Below are positions 23,884 to 32,000 of a stretch of DNA of 32,000 nucleotides, piece by piece; the stretch's first letter is position 1, and the number at the start of each line of letters is the position of its first letter. Made by a program: the position numbers and the translations under genes. The stretch spans positions 25,586-57,585 of the forward strand of contig CAZNZM010000007.1 of the NCBI GenBank assembly GCA_964577555.1, read 5' to 3'. A model generated the notes under the pieces. It did no database searches and was not told where the DNA came from. It saw only the letters and a list, made by a program, of their open reading frames with translations. Source of the stretch: an uncultured archaeon (GTDB lineage Archaea > Iainarchaeota > Iainarchaeia > Iainarchaeales > Iainarchaeaceae).

Positions 23884-26157
23884 ATGGGTTTTGTTTCGCA
23901 TCCTTTGATAAAGCCTGAACAAATAGAATCTAAGCTTTATCAAGAAGTGCTTGCTGCTCGTGCGCTTGAAAAGGGCAACACTTTGATAGTTGCTCCGACT
24001 GCGCTTGGTAAGACAATAATTGCGATACTTGTTGCTGCAGAAATACTTAAAAGAGGGCAGAAAGTTTTGTTTCTTTCTCCCACAAAGCCTTTGGCTGTTC
24101 AACATGGCGCATCCATGAAAAAATTTCTGAATGTTGATGAAAATCAAATAATAGTTCTTACAGGAGCACTTGGCAGGGAGAAAAGAATTCAAGCTCTTGA
24201 AAATGCTTTGGTTGTTTCTGCCACGCCACAGGCAATTCAAAATGACATTGTTTTGGGCCAATTTCCAATACAAGACTTTGGCTTGATTATTTTTGACGAA
24301 TGCCATAAAGCAGTTGGAAATTATAGTTACGTTTTTATTGCAGAACAATACATGCGCAATTGCAAAAATCCTCTTATACTTGGCTTGACGGCATCGCCTG
24401 GAGCGGACGACGAAAAAATTCAAAGCATTTGCAGAAATCTTTTTATTAAAAATGTGGAAGTGAAAACACACAACGATGCAGATGTAAAGGATTATGTCAA
24501 CCCCATAAATGTAAAATGGGTTCGCGTTGATTTGCCTGAAAAATTTCTTGAAGCAAAAAAATTGTTGGAAAAATTCCAAAAAAACCAAACAGATTCCTTG
24601 AAAGAAATGGGTTTCGGTTTAGGCAAAAAATATTTTTCAAAAAAAGACATGTTAATGTTGCAAAGCCAGGTAAGGCGAGATATAATATCAAAAGGAAAAA
24701 CCATGCCTTCTTTGTACGGCGCAGCAATGAAAATAGCTTCTTTGATAAAAGCTTCCTATGCTTTGGAACTTCTTGAAACCCAAGGCATAGAAGCGCTGAA
24801 TGCATATTTTGACAAAATATATGGCGAAAGCAAAGGCTCGAAGCCTTTGAAATCAGTCAAGCAATTAGTGTCAGATCCAAACATAATAAAGGCAAGGGAA
24901 ATAGCAAAAGAACTTTTAGATAAAAAAATGGTTCATCCGAAAATAGAAGTGTTGAAAAAAATTATTTTGGAACAATTCAAAAAAAATCCGGAAAGCAAAA
25001 TAATAGTTTTCAACCATTATCGCGAAAACATAAGAGCGCTTGAAAACCACCTTGCTGAAATTGAAGTAATCAGGGCAAAAAGATTTGTAGGCCAAGCATC
25101 CAAAGGAGATGACAAAGGACTCACGCAAAAAGAACAATCCGAAATAATAAATGATTTGAAAAACGGAAAGTATAATTGTCTTCTTGCTTCAAGCGTTGCA
25201 GAAGAAGGACTTGACATTCCTGAAGTTGATTTGGTAGTATTTTACGAGCCAGTGCCTTCAGAAATAAGATACATACAAAGAAGAGGTCGTACAGGAAGAA
25301 AAAACGAGGGAAACGTCGTCATTTTAATGGCCCGAAACACAAGGGATGAAGCATTTTATTATTCAAGCAAATCAAAAGAAAGAAAAATGCAAGAAGCCTT
25401 AAAGCAATTGCAAAAGCCTGAAGCAATACCGGAAAAAATTGCCAACAACGATAAGCAAACAACTTTGTTGGGTTTTATTCAAAACGAAAAAAAAGTCGCT
25501 ATATTCATAGATACAAGGGAACAGGCTTCAAGCATTGTTTCTGAATTGCAAAAATTTGATGTTGAAATAAAAATAAAGCAATTAGATGTAGGAGACTTCA
25601 TATTAAGCAATGATGTAGTGGTTGAAAGAAAAACAATCGAGGATTTTTTGAGTTCGGTAATTGACGGAAGGCTTTTCAATCAACTCACCTTGATGTCTTC
25701 AACATATGCCGCTCCACTGATAATTTTGGAAGGCAAGCCGGAAGAACTCTATACAACCAGAAACATTCACGAAAATGCTGTTAGAGGAATTCTTGCCTCA
25801 ATTGCATTGAATTACAGAATCCCAATACTTTTCACAGCAGGAGTGGAAGAAACAGCAAAATTGCTTTTTATAATGGCTAAAAGAGAGCAACTTGGCACTG
25901 AGAAGGAAATAAGATTAAGATTTGGGCGGAAAGGCTTGACAATGCAAGAACAGCAACAATTCATATTGGAAGGTTTTCCAATGGTGGGCCCAAGCCTTGC
26001 AAAGTCGCTTCTCAAAAAATTTGGGACAATCAGGGCTATTGTTTGCGCTACTGTAAAGGAACTTCAAGAAGTTGAAAACATGGGGCCAATAAAAGCAAAA
26101 AAGATACATGAAATATTGAATGCATATTACAATCAAGAAAACAATAATGATTCATAA
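23884..26157 (+). CDS. hef: Hef: SF2 helicase fused to ERCC4/XPF nuclease and HhH2 (fork-structure endonuclease)
   Basis: APTALGKT (I), FDECHKA (II), LTASPG (III) and QRRGRTGR (VI). The ERCC4 core follows (IFIDTREQ...VVERKTIEDFLSSVIDGRL), then a C-terminal HhH (GFPMVGPSLAKSLLKKFG). Confidence 0.9.
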   Translation: MGFVSHPLIKPEQIESKLYQEVLAARALEKGNTLIVAPTALGKTIIAILVAAEILKRGQKVLFLSPTKPLAVQHGASMKKFLNVDENQIIVLTGALGREKRIQALENALVVSATPQAIQNDIVLGQFPIQDFGLIIFDECHKAVGNYSYVFIAEQYMRNCKNPLILGLTASPGADDEKIQSICRNLFIKNVEVKTHNDADVKDYVNPINVKWVRVDLPEKFLEAKKLLEKFQKNQTDSLKEMGFGLGKKYFSKKDMLMLQSQVRRDIISKGKTMPSLYGAAMKIASLIKASYALELLETQGIEALNAYFDKIYGESKGSKPLKSVKQLVSDPNIIKAREIAKELLDKKMVHPKIEVLKKIILEQFKKNPESKIIVFNHYRENIRALENHLAEIEVIRAKRFVGQASKGDDKGLTQKEQSEIINDLKNGKYNCLLASSVAEEGLDIPEVDLVVFYEPVPSEIRYIQRRGRTGRKNEGNVVILMARNTRDEAFYYSSKSKERKMQEALKQLQKPEAIPEKIANNDKQTTLLGFIQNEKKVAIFIDTREQASSIVSELQKFDVEIKIKQLDVGDFILSNDVVVERKTIEDFLSSVIDGRLFNQLTLMSSTYAAPLIILEGKPEELYTTRNIHENAVRGILASIALNYRIPILFTAGVEETAKLLFIMAKREQLGTEKEIRLRFGRKGLTMQEQQQFILEGFPMVGPSLAKSLLKKFGTIRAIVCATVKELQEVENMGPIKAKKIHEILNAYYNQENNNDS

Positions 26158-26204
26158 AAAAATTGAAATCTAAGACGCTTCAAAGGTTTTTCTCACTTTT
26201 GTTT

Positions 26205-26690
26205 TATCGGAATTTTTTACAATTAAATTTTTTTGGCTTTTCTAGCCAAGTTTTAGACTTTTTTTGAATTTGAATTTGTTTTTTTTGATTTATTTTATTT
26301 TTTTGTCTTTGTTGGCTTGTTTTTTTTGTTTGAATTTTTGTTTTTTTTATCGTGCTGTTTTTTGTTATTTTTCTTTTTTTGAATTCTTTTTTTTGCGAGC
26401 CAATTTTTTTGTTTGAATTTTTGTTTTTTTTGGCTTGTTTTTTTTAGTCATTTTTTTGTGAATTTGTTTTTTTTGATTTGCTTGGTTCTTTAATTTGAAA
26501 AATTATTTTTTTGCAAGCCATTTTTTGGGGCGATTTTTTTTAAGTTTTGATTTTTTTGGTGTTTGTTTTTTTGCAGTATTTTTTTTGAGTCGACTTTTTT
26601 TTTAATTTTGGGATTTTTGTAGAAATAAATTATTTTTTTGTTTTTTCTTTTTCTTTTTGGCTAAATAAATTTTCGTCTTTTTTTTATTCA
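26205..26690. repeat. Strand-asymmetric oligo-T array 1 (about 25 T6-T9 runs with short G-containing spacers)
   Basis: Direct reading. T runs are separated by the words GAATTTG, GC(G/A)AGCCA and GGCTTG. A 28-bp exact internal duplicate lies at 26321-26348 and 26404-26431. Confidence 0.85.
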
Positions 26691-26699
26691 GTTTCACTT

Positions 26700-27227
26700 T
26701 TATTTTTCCAATGTGACAAAAGCTGTTTTTTCCACTACAAGCATTTCAATGTTATTTTTAACATCTTTTACTGAGTTTAATTCGTCTTCTGAAATTTCGT
26801 AAATTTTCATTAGTTCGGCTTTGTTATTGCCCAATTTTTCCAAAATTTGTTTTTTTTCTTCAAAATCAAGCAACTTTATGATTTCATTTATTTTATTTTT
26901 GTTGTTTTCCTCGATCACAAGCAATAAATCTTCATTTCCAAAAACACTTTTGTCAATCGCTTTTGATATTTGTCTCTCACCAAGTACGCGAACAATAAAT
27001 TCAATATTAGGGTTTTGTGAAAATGCAACTCCTGAATCAATTGCAGCAATTGTCCTAGCTAGAGCGGTTTTTAAATGAAATTTTCCTGCTACAATTTTTG
27101 CCGGAATTATTTGGCAAAGATTGTTTTTTCCTAAAAGCGCAAGCTTTTTAATAGTCGCGTTATATGAATCATTAGATATTTTTCCGGAAAAAACCGTGAA
27201 AAATTTTTTTCCAATTGAAATTTTCAT
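26700..27227 (-). CDS. cgi121: KEOPS complex subunit Cgi121
   Basis: Collinear with archaeal Cgi121 as I recall it: ...AKIVAGKFHLKTALARTIAA..., IEFIVRVLGERQISKAIDK (the ..sGqRQI..Ai.. motif), and C-terminal IEMLVVEKTAFVTLEK. Confidence 0.7.
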   Translation of the reverse strand: MKISIGKKFFTVFSGKISNDSYNATIKKLALLGKNNLCQIIPAKIVAGKFHLKTALARTIAAIDSGVAFSQNPNIEFIVRVLGERQISKAIDKSVFGNEDLLLVIEENNKNKINEIIKLLDFEEKKQILEKLGNNKAELMKIYEISEDELNSVKDVKNNIEMLVVEKTAFVTLEK

Positions 27228-27242
27228 GGAAAATTGTTGTAT

Positions 27243-27259
27243 TTTAAAAATTTAAAAAG
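27243..27259. promoter_or_regulatory. Shared TATA-like element TTTTAAAAATTTAAAAA in the 43-bp cgi121/rps8e divergent gap
   Basis: It is centred about 21-23 nt from both start codons (27227 and 27271) and offers TTTAAA on both strands. Confidence 0.4.
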
Positions 27260-27270
27260 GTTGTTTTTTT

Positions 27271-27771
27271 ATGACACAGTGGCACATTAAAAGCAAAAGA
27301 AAAATAACTGGCGGCATAGACAGAAGCCACAGCAGGAGTGATAAAAGGCTTGCTTGGATAGGCGGGGATCCGTCGGAAACAACAATAGCTTCTGAAACAG
27401 AGCCACAAAGGAAAGTGGTTAAAGGGCTTGGAAGCACTAAAAAAGTCAAATTAAAAGCTGATAAATATGTTATTGCAACTGACAAGAAAACGGGAAAAGC
27501 AAAAAAACTTGAAATATTGACTGTTGTTGAAAACAAGGCTGACCGCCAATTTGCAAGAAGAAATATTATAACAAAAGGCGCGGTCATAAAAGCTAAAGAC
27601 GGACAAATTGAAGTGTTTGTCAAAGTAACTTCAAGGCCAGGGCAATCAGGAACAATACACGGCATTATACTTGAAAAATTCGAAAAAGAAGGCGAAAAAG
27701 CCAAAAAAGAAAAAAGAGAATCAAAAAAGCCTCAAAAACCTTCCAAAAATCTTGAAGAGGCTAAAAAATGA
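27271..27771 (+). CDS. rps8e: 30S ribosomal protein S8e
   Basis: N-terminal MTQWHIKSKRKITGG, plus the overall basic composition and a Lys-rich tail, are typical of archaeal S8e. Confidence 0.85.
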   Translation: MTQWHIKSKRKITGGIDRSHSRSDKRLAWIGGDPSETTIASETEPQRKVVKGLGSTKKVKLKADKYVIATDKKTGKAKKLEILTVVENKADRQFARRNIITKGAVIKAKDGQIEVFVKVTSRPGQSGTIHGIILEKFEKEGEKAKKEKRESKKPQKPSKNLEEAKK

Positions 27772-27952
27772 TAAATCTGCTTAAATTAGCTCTTTTTAAA
27801 CAATGTTTTTAACAGTAAAATTTATAAATGTTCGTAGGAGCATTTATATAAGTTCTCATGTTCTCTTTTTTTTGTAAAGCACATTCATTACCTAATTGGA
27901 ACAGGAACAGAATTATTTTTTGACATATTTGGAAAAGGACAGGAGTGATGGT

Positions 27953-28861
27953 ATGGTAGAAGTCAAATGTCCAGAGTGCAAAAGCACAAAAGTAAGAAGG
28001 GACGATGAAAAAGGTGAAATAGTTTGCCAAGATTGTGGCCTTATAATATCAGAAGATGAAGTCGATTTCGGCAAGGAGTGGAGAAGCTTTGATTCGGATC
28101 AAGCTGAAGAAAGGGCTAGAACAGGCTCTCCAATGAAATACGTCAAACTCAACAAAGGTTTAGTTACAATGATTGACAGGCGTGGCACTGATTTGAGGGG
28201 AAACAAACTTTCCACCAAGTCAAGGGCGCAAATGTACAGGTTAATAAAATGGCATAAAAGGGCATCAATAAGCTCTTCAATGCAGAGAAATCTTTCAATA
28301 GCACTTACAGAGTTGAGAAGAATTGCAAGTTATCTTAATACTCCTGAACAACTCGTTGAAGCAGCCGCATTGCTTTACAGAAAAACCGTAAAAAAAGGGT
28401 TGATAAGAGGCAGGTTAATAGAAGCAGTTGTTGCAGCAGTACTTTACACAGTTTGCAGAAACTACAACGTGCCAAGGACTTTGAATGAAATGGCTGAAGC
28501 ATCAGGCCTTACCAAAAAGGAAATTGGAAGAACGTACAGGTTTTTGGTTAGGGAACTTAAATTGGATATCCCGCTTACAAATCCTGTTCATTACATTCCA
28601 AGATTTGCTTCGGAACTTAACCTTTCAGGAGAAGTCCAAGAAGAAGGCAGAAAAATACTTGAAGAAGCCATTAAAAAAGGACTTATCTCAGGCAGGGGTC
28701 CAACAGGAGTTGCTGCTGCTGCAGTTTACATTGCAGGGCTTTTGAAAGGCGAAAGAAGGACACAAAAAGAAGTTGCAAATGTAGCAGGCGTTACCGAAGT
28801 TACTATAAGAAACAGGTATCGCGAACTGAAGAAAAAATTGGACATAGAAGTGGTGGCTTAA
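27953..28861 (+). CDS. tfb: Transcription initiation factor B (TFB/TFIIB)
   Basis: Zinc ribbon CPECKS...CQDCG, a B-finger/linker region and two cyclin-fold repeats (RGRLIEAVVAAVLYTVCR; RGPTGVAAAAVYIAG). The track start at 27896 is TTG. ATG 27953 is preceded by AGGAGTG. Confidence 0.9.
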   Translation: MVEVKCPECKSTKVRRDDEKGEIVCQDCGLIISEDEVDFGKEWRSFDSDQAEERARTGSPMKYVKLNKGLVTMIDRRGTDLRGNKLSTKSRAQMYRLIKWHKRASISSSMQRNLSIALTELRRIASYLNTPEQLVEAAALLYRKTVKKGLIRGRLIEAVVAAVLYTVCRNYNVPRTLNEMAEASGLTKKEIGRTYRFLVRELKLDIPLTNPVHYIPRFASELNLSGEVQEEGRKILEEAIKKGLISGRGPTGVAAAAVYIAGLLKGERRTQKEVANVAGVTEVTIRNRYRELKKKLDIEVVA

Positions 28862-28902
28862 AAAGCCACTTTTCCAATTTCTTTCAAAATTTCACTATTA
28901 AG

Positions 28903-29340
28903 TTTTTTTACTTTTTTTGTCTTTAAAAAATTTAACTTTTTTTTGGCGAGCCAGTTTGTTTTTTTTCTTTTTTTTGGTAAGCCAATTTTTTTTGGAATTT
29001 ATTTTTTTGATTTTTTTTATAACCATTTTTTTGTTTTTTAGGCCGGCAATTTTTTTACACCAGAGTCAGTTTTGTTTTTTTTGTGAGCCGTTTTTTTTGT
29101 TAATTAATTTTTTTTGCAAGCCAATTTTTTTTCAGTTATTTTTTGTGAATTTGTTTTTTTATTTCGTTTTAATTATTTTTTGTCTTGTTTGTTTTTTCCG
29201 AGCCTTTTTTTGGGATTTGTTTTTTTAAGCTAGCAAATTTTTTTTTACACCATGTTCTTGGCTGGTTTTTTTATTTTTTGCAAACTAAATTTTTCTGTCA
29301 ATTTGTTTTTTTCTAGCCAAAAATTTGTTTTTTGGGTAAT
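28903..29340. repeat. Strand-asymmetric oligo-T array 2 (about 26 T6-T9 runs), related to array 1
   Basis: Direct reading. It shares TTTTTTGTGAATTTGTTTTTTT (29139-29160 = 26452-26473) and TTTTTTTGCAAGCCA (29109-29123 = 26506-26520) with array 1. Confidence 0.85.
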
Positions 29341-29353
29341 AAGATTGATTAAT

Positions 29354-29830
29354 TCATGCTTTTGCACGCGGCTCGATTTTTTGCTTTTTTATCCTTATTT
29401 CAAGAACGTTGTTATTAAACTCCGTTTTTATCGAAGACTTGTCAACAGGACAAGGAAGTTTTATGTTTTTTGAGAATTTTTTGGAAGTTTTAGATGAAAC
29501 TATTATCTTGCTGTTCAATATTTTTACATTAATATCTCGTTTCGACAATCCGTTTAATTCCACTGCAGCCACAAGTTCTTCGCCAAAATCAATCATTTCA
29601 ACCAATGGCTGTTCTTTTTTGCTATCGGATAATTGTGAAGCGCTGATAATTCCAAATTCTTTTACATTGACATACCCTTCGCTGTCAAGTATGAGTGTAA
29701 AACCTATTTTGAAAGGCTTTGTAAAATCAACATTTGCAGTATCAAGATTTTCAACAATTTCCCCCAATATCATTTCAAGAGTTTCAAAGTCAATTGAAGA
29801 ATTATCGTCTTTTTTTTGCCAACGCGACAT
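29354..29830 (-). CDS. Hsp20/alpha-crystallin-domain-like small heat shock protein
   Basis: The C-terminal half reads LVAAVELNGLSKRDINVKILNSKIIVSS...NIKLPCPVDKSSIKTEFNNNVLEIRIKK. This follows the ACD pattern (aelPGv.kedi.v.v....L.I......i.LP..vd...i.a.y.nGvLei.i.K). Confidence 0.55.
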   Translation of the reverse strand: MSRWQKKDDNSSIDFETLEMILGEIVENLDTANVDFTKPFKIGFTLILDSEGYVNVKEFGIISASQLSDSKKEQPLVEMIDFGEELVAAVELNGLSKRDINVKILNSKIIVSSKTSKKFSKNIKLPCPVDKSSIKTEFNNNVLEIRIKKQKIEPRAKA

Positions 29831-29877
29831 GTTATTTTAAACCCCCATGGTTGAAATTGAATAATTAAAATATTTTT

Positions 29878-30528
29878 TTAAAATAATTTTTTTTGGTATT
29901 TTTGGTCTTGCAAGTCTTTGCTTGTCTGCCAGGACTTTCTTGCAAAGTCAGGCAACCGATTATTTTGTAAGAAATATTCCTTTAAAAAATTAATTGTGTC
30001 AGGGTCATGCGAGTACCCGGAACCGATTTTTCCATAAGTTTTGCATAATTTTTCTATTTCCATATCTCTTTCAACCTTGGCAATGATTGAAGCCGCTGAA
30101 ACTATTGGATAATTTTCGTCAGCCTTATGTTCTGAAATTATTTTAACATTGAAATCAAGGTATTTCTCAATTCTTTTACCAAAATCAGCCATTACAACAT
30201 CAGGACTATCAATATAAACAACTTTTGGTTTGTGCTTTAACATATTAAGAAGTTTTGCAGCTTTCATTGCTTCAAGTTCATTAAGCCCTTTTTTTTCAAC
30301 CATTCTGTCAATTTCATCAGGTTGAATGTGTATAGTATAATATTCCAACAAAATTTTTTTTATTTCAGGCAATTGTGTTTCCCGTTCAAATTTAGTCAGC
30401 TGTTTTGAGTCTTTCACTCCAAGGGTCTCAAGTTTTTCCTCTTCATTTTTTTCAATAACCGCAATGGCCATAACCATAGGGCCTATAACCGGACCGCGCC
30501 CAGCTTCATCAATTCCTGCAATAATCAT
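29878..30528 (-). CDS. rnhB: Ribonuclease HII
   Basis: MIIAGIDEAGRGPVIGPMV (DEAGRG catalytic motif), ...YIDSPD... and ADENYPIVSAASIIAKV. Confidence 0.9.
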   Translation of the reverse strand: MIIAGIDEAGRGPVIGPMVMAIAVIEKNEEEKLETLGVKDSKQLTKFERETQLPEIKKILLEYYTIHIQPDEIDRMVEKKGLNELEAMKAAKLLNMLKHKPKVVYIDSPDVVMADFGKRIEKYLDFNVKIISEHKADENYPIVSAASIIAKVERDMEIEKLCKTYGKIGSGYSHDPDTINFLKEYFLQNNRLPDFARKSWQTSKDLQDQKYQKKLF

Positions 30529-30598
30529 AATTTATAAAAAAATAGAGGATAATAAAAAGACTATGTAAAAATAACAATCCAAAAAATCAGTTAAAGAT

Positions 30599-31294
30599 TT
30601 AGCCGTATTTTTCAGTCTTTACTTTATCTTTGGAAATCTTGTTTTCATAAAGCATGGCTTCAACATCAACAACCATTTGTGGCGGTCCGCAAATGAAATA
30701 ATAAGCACTAGGATTGTTTTTCACGATTTCAGAAATGCTGTTTGAATCTATGTGCCCGCATTCAAACCCATATTTTTTTTCTCTAGTAAGATAATAAACA
30801 AGTTTCATTCCAGGTATTTTTTTTGCAAATTCGTCCAAATCATGCCTGCAAATAATGTCGGCTTCGGTTTTGTTTGAATAATAAAGACTCACTTTGGTTT
30901 TTAGTTTATTGTCAATAATGTATTGACAAAAACACCTGAATGGCGCAATTCCAGAACCTGCCGCAATAAGCACTATTTCAGGCATTTTTTCTGATTCAAA
31001 CACAAAATGACCCCAAGGTCCGTCAAGCATGAATTCTTCCCCGACTTTTGCTTCATTCAACAATTTTGAAACATAACCGTTTGGCATTGCTTTTACAGTA
31101 AATTCAAGAATTCCTTTTCTTGTTGGCGAAGAAGAAACAGAGTAAGACCTTTTTGGTATTTTTTCCTGCCTCATAAATTCAATCATGAAAAATTGCCCTG
31201 GCTTGAAGTCTGGTCTGTCAGGCGATTCAAAAGTCAAGGTTTTTGAATCATGAGTTTCAATCTTTGTATTGACAAGCTTCATTTTTAATTTCAT
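30599..31294 (-). CDS. FNR-like FAD/NAD(P)-binding oxidoreductase
   Basis: RSYSVSS (RxYS FAD motif), GPWGHF and LIAAGSGIAPF (NAD(P) motif), with no C-terminal Fe-S cysteine cluster. The start is trimmed to ATG 31294 (MKLKMKLVNTK). The track's 88-aa N-terminal extension overlaps the scpB start and the promoter region. Confidence 0.75.
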   Translation of the reverse strand: MKLKMKLVNTKIETHDSKTLTFESPDRPDFKPGQFFMIEFMRQEKIPKRSYSVSSSPTRKGILEFTVKAMPNGYVSKLLNEAKVGEEFMLDGPWGHFVFESEKMPEIVLIAAGSGIAPFRCFCQYIIDNKLKTKVSLYYSNKTEADIICRHDLDEFAKKIPGMKLVYYLTREKKYGFECGHIDSNSISEIVKNNPSAYYFICGPPQMVVDVEAMLYENKISKDKVKTEKYG

Positions 31295-31420
31295 GAAAAA
31301 TATAAAGATTAACACCTTATAAATTTCGCGGTTCCAAGATTTGTAACATAATATAGCCAAAAAAACAAGTTTTGGATAAACAATATTAAATTTATTGTAT
31401 TTCATTTTCAAAAGATAAAA

Positions 31421-31912
31421 ATGGATACTAAGACCGCAAAGAAAGTTATTGAAGCAGCATTGTTCACAGCGCCCGGCACAGTAACTTTTAAGGAACTTGT
31501 AAATTTGACAGGGCTTGGATTGGGAGAGATAAGAATAATTGTAAACGAATTGATTCATGATTATGAAGCAAGAGACACTTCGCTTGAAATAAGACTGGAT
31601 TCAGAAGGCGCAAAAATGACAGTAAAACCAGAATACGACAATCATGTCAGCCACATGGCCGCTTCGCCAGAATTACACAAAGGTATAATGAAAACTCTAG
31701 CATTCATCGCTTATAAACAACCAGTAAAACAATCTGAAGTAATTGAATTCAGGAACAGCAAAGCATACGAACACATAAAAATTTTAAGAGAAAAAGGTTT
31801 TATAAGAAAAGAAAAAAAAGGCATAACTTATATTCTTTATACCACTCCAAAATTCAAGGAATACTTTGGCAAAAAAGCTGAAAATAATCCAAAAATTGAA
31901 CAGCCACAATAA
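31421..31912 (+). CDS. scpB: Segregation and condensation protein B (ScpB)
   Basis: AKKVIEAALFTAPGTVTFKELVNLTG... and a second winged-helix segment LKTLAFIAYKQPVKQSEVIEFRN...ILREKGFI, the typical ScpB tandem wHTH. Confidence 0.75.
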   Translation: MDTKTAKKVIEAALFTAPGTVTFKELVNLTGLGLGEIRIIVNELIHDYEARDTSLEIRLDSEGAKMTVKPEYDNHVSHMAASPELHKGIMKTLAFIAYKQPVKQSEVIEFRNSKAYEHIKILREKGFIRKEKKGITYILYTTPKFKEYFGKKAENNPKIEQPQ

Positions 31913-32000
31913 AAATATCAACCTATTTTGCAATCATTGTTTGTGTATATTGCTATTGCTGTTCCTAATAGTGTGTTGTTGATTGTGTTGTTGGTTATGT

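Noticed and set aside
23854-24588. 244-aa minus-strand ORF antisense to the 5' part of hef
   Set aside because: It has a low-complexity F/K/N/C-rich translation. It is fully overlapped by the strongly supported Hef helicase frame carrying all SF2 motifs. This is a typical shadow ORF in AT-rich DNA.
26205-26690. Possible CRISPR array
   Set aside because: There is no constant-length repeat alternating with unique spacers. The recurring units are homopolymer T runs and 6-9-nt words, and the window contains no cas genes.
27817-27850. Paired TATA-like boxes (TTTATAAATG ... CATTTATATA) as the tfb promoter
   Set aside because: The element is plausible but lies about 100 nt upstream of the preferred tfb ATG. 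I cannot tell which box, if either, is used, so it is not listed as a feature.
28917-29228. 103-aa plus-strand ORF (Phe-rich 'membrane protein')
   Set aside because: It is merely the oligo-T array read as TTT/TTC codons. It has no start context or domain structure, and the sequence is a repeat.
31295-31558. 88-aa N-terminal extension of the FNR-like ORF
   Set aside because: The extension is Cys/Phe/Tyr-rich junk. It overlaps the divergent scpB start and the TATA-containing gap. The conserved FAD-binding domain begins right after the internal ATG at 31294.

Overview
Low-GC archaeal chromosomal segment. Archaeal markers: histone, TFB, Hef, S8e, Cgi121, split transketolase and an intron-containing tRNA-Trp. 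The compact layout suggests a DPANN-type archaeon, but that is inference only. 1-12.8 kb holds housekeeping genes (GDH, histidine phosphatase, split transketolase, photolyase, MgtC, CMP kinase, KaiC-like ATPase), a decayed lipoprotein gene and an ArsR-led thiol/redox-permease operon. 12.8-23.3 kb is an integrase-bearing island of about 10.5 kb bounded by a 16-bp direct repeat. It carries a wHTH / DUF4065-like / MazF module, an Hjc-like nuclease with a glycine-zipper peptide, a four-gene RHH-Mod-Res-membrane coiled-coil operon (type III R-M plus an unexplained fourth gene), a repeat-dense 450-bp non-coding region and several orphan ORFs. 23.4-32 kb holds histone, Hef, Cgi121, S8e, TFB, Hsp20-like, RNase HII, an FNR-like reductase and ScpB. 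Two related, strand-asymmetric oligo-T arrays of about 450 bp fill the two convergent gaps that bracket cgi121-rps8e-tfb. Most worth following up: the R-M-linked membrane protein, the island's non-coding repeat region and the oligo-T arrays. All family calls are by-eye motif recognition; no searches were run.
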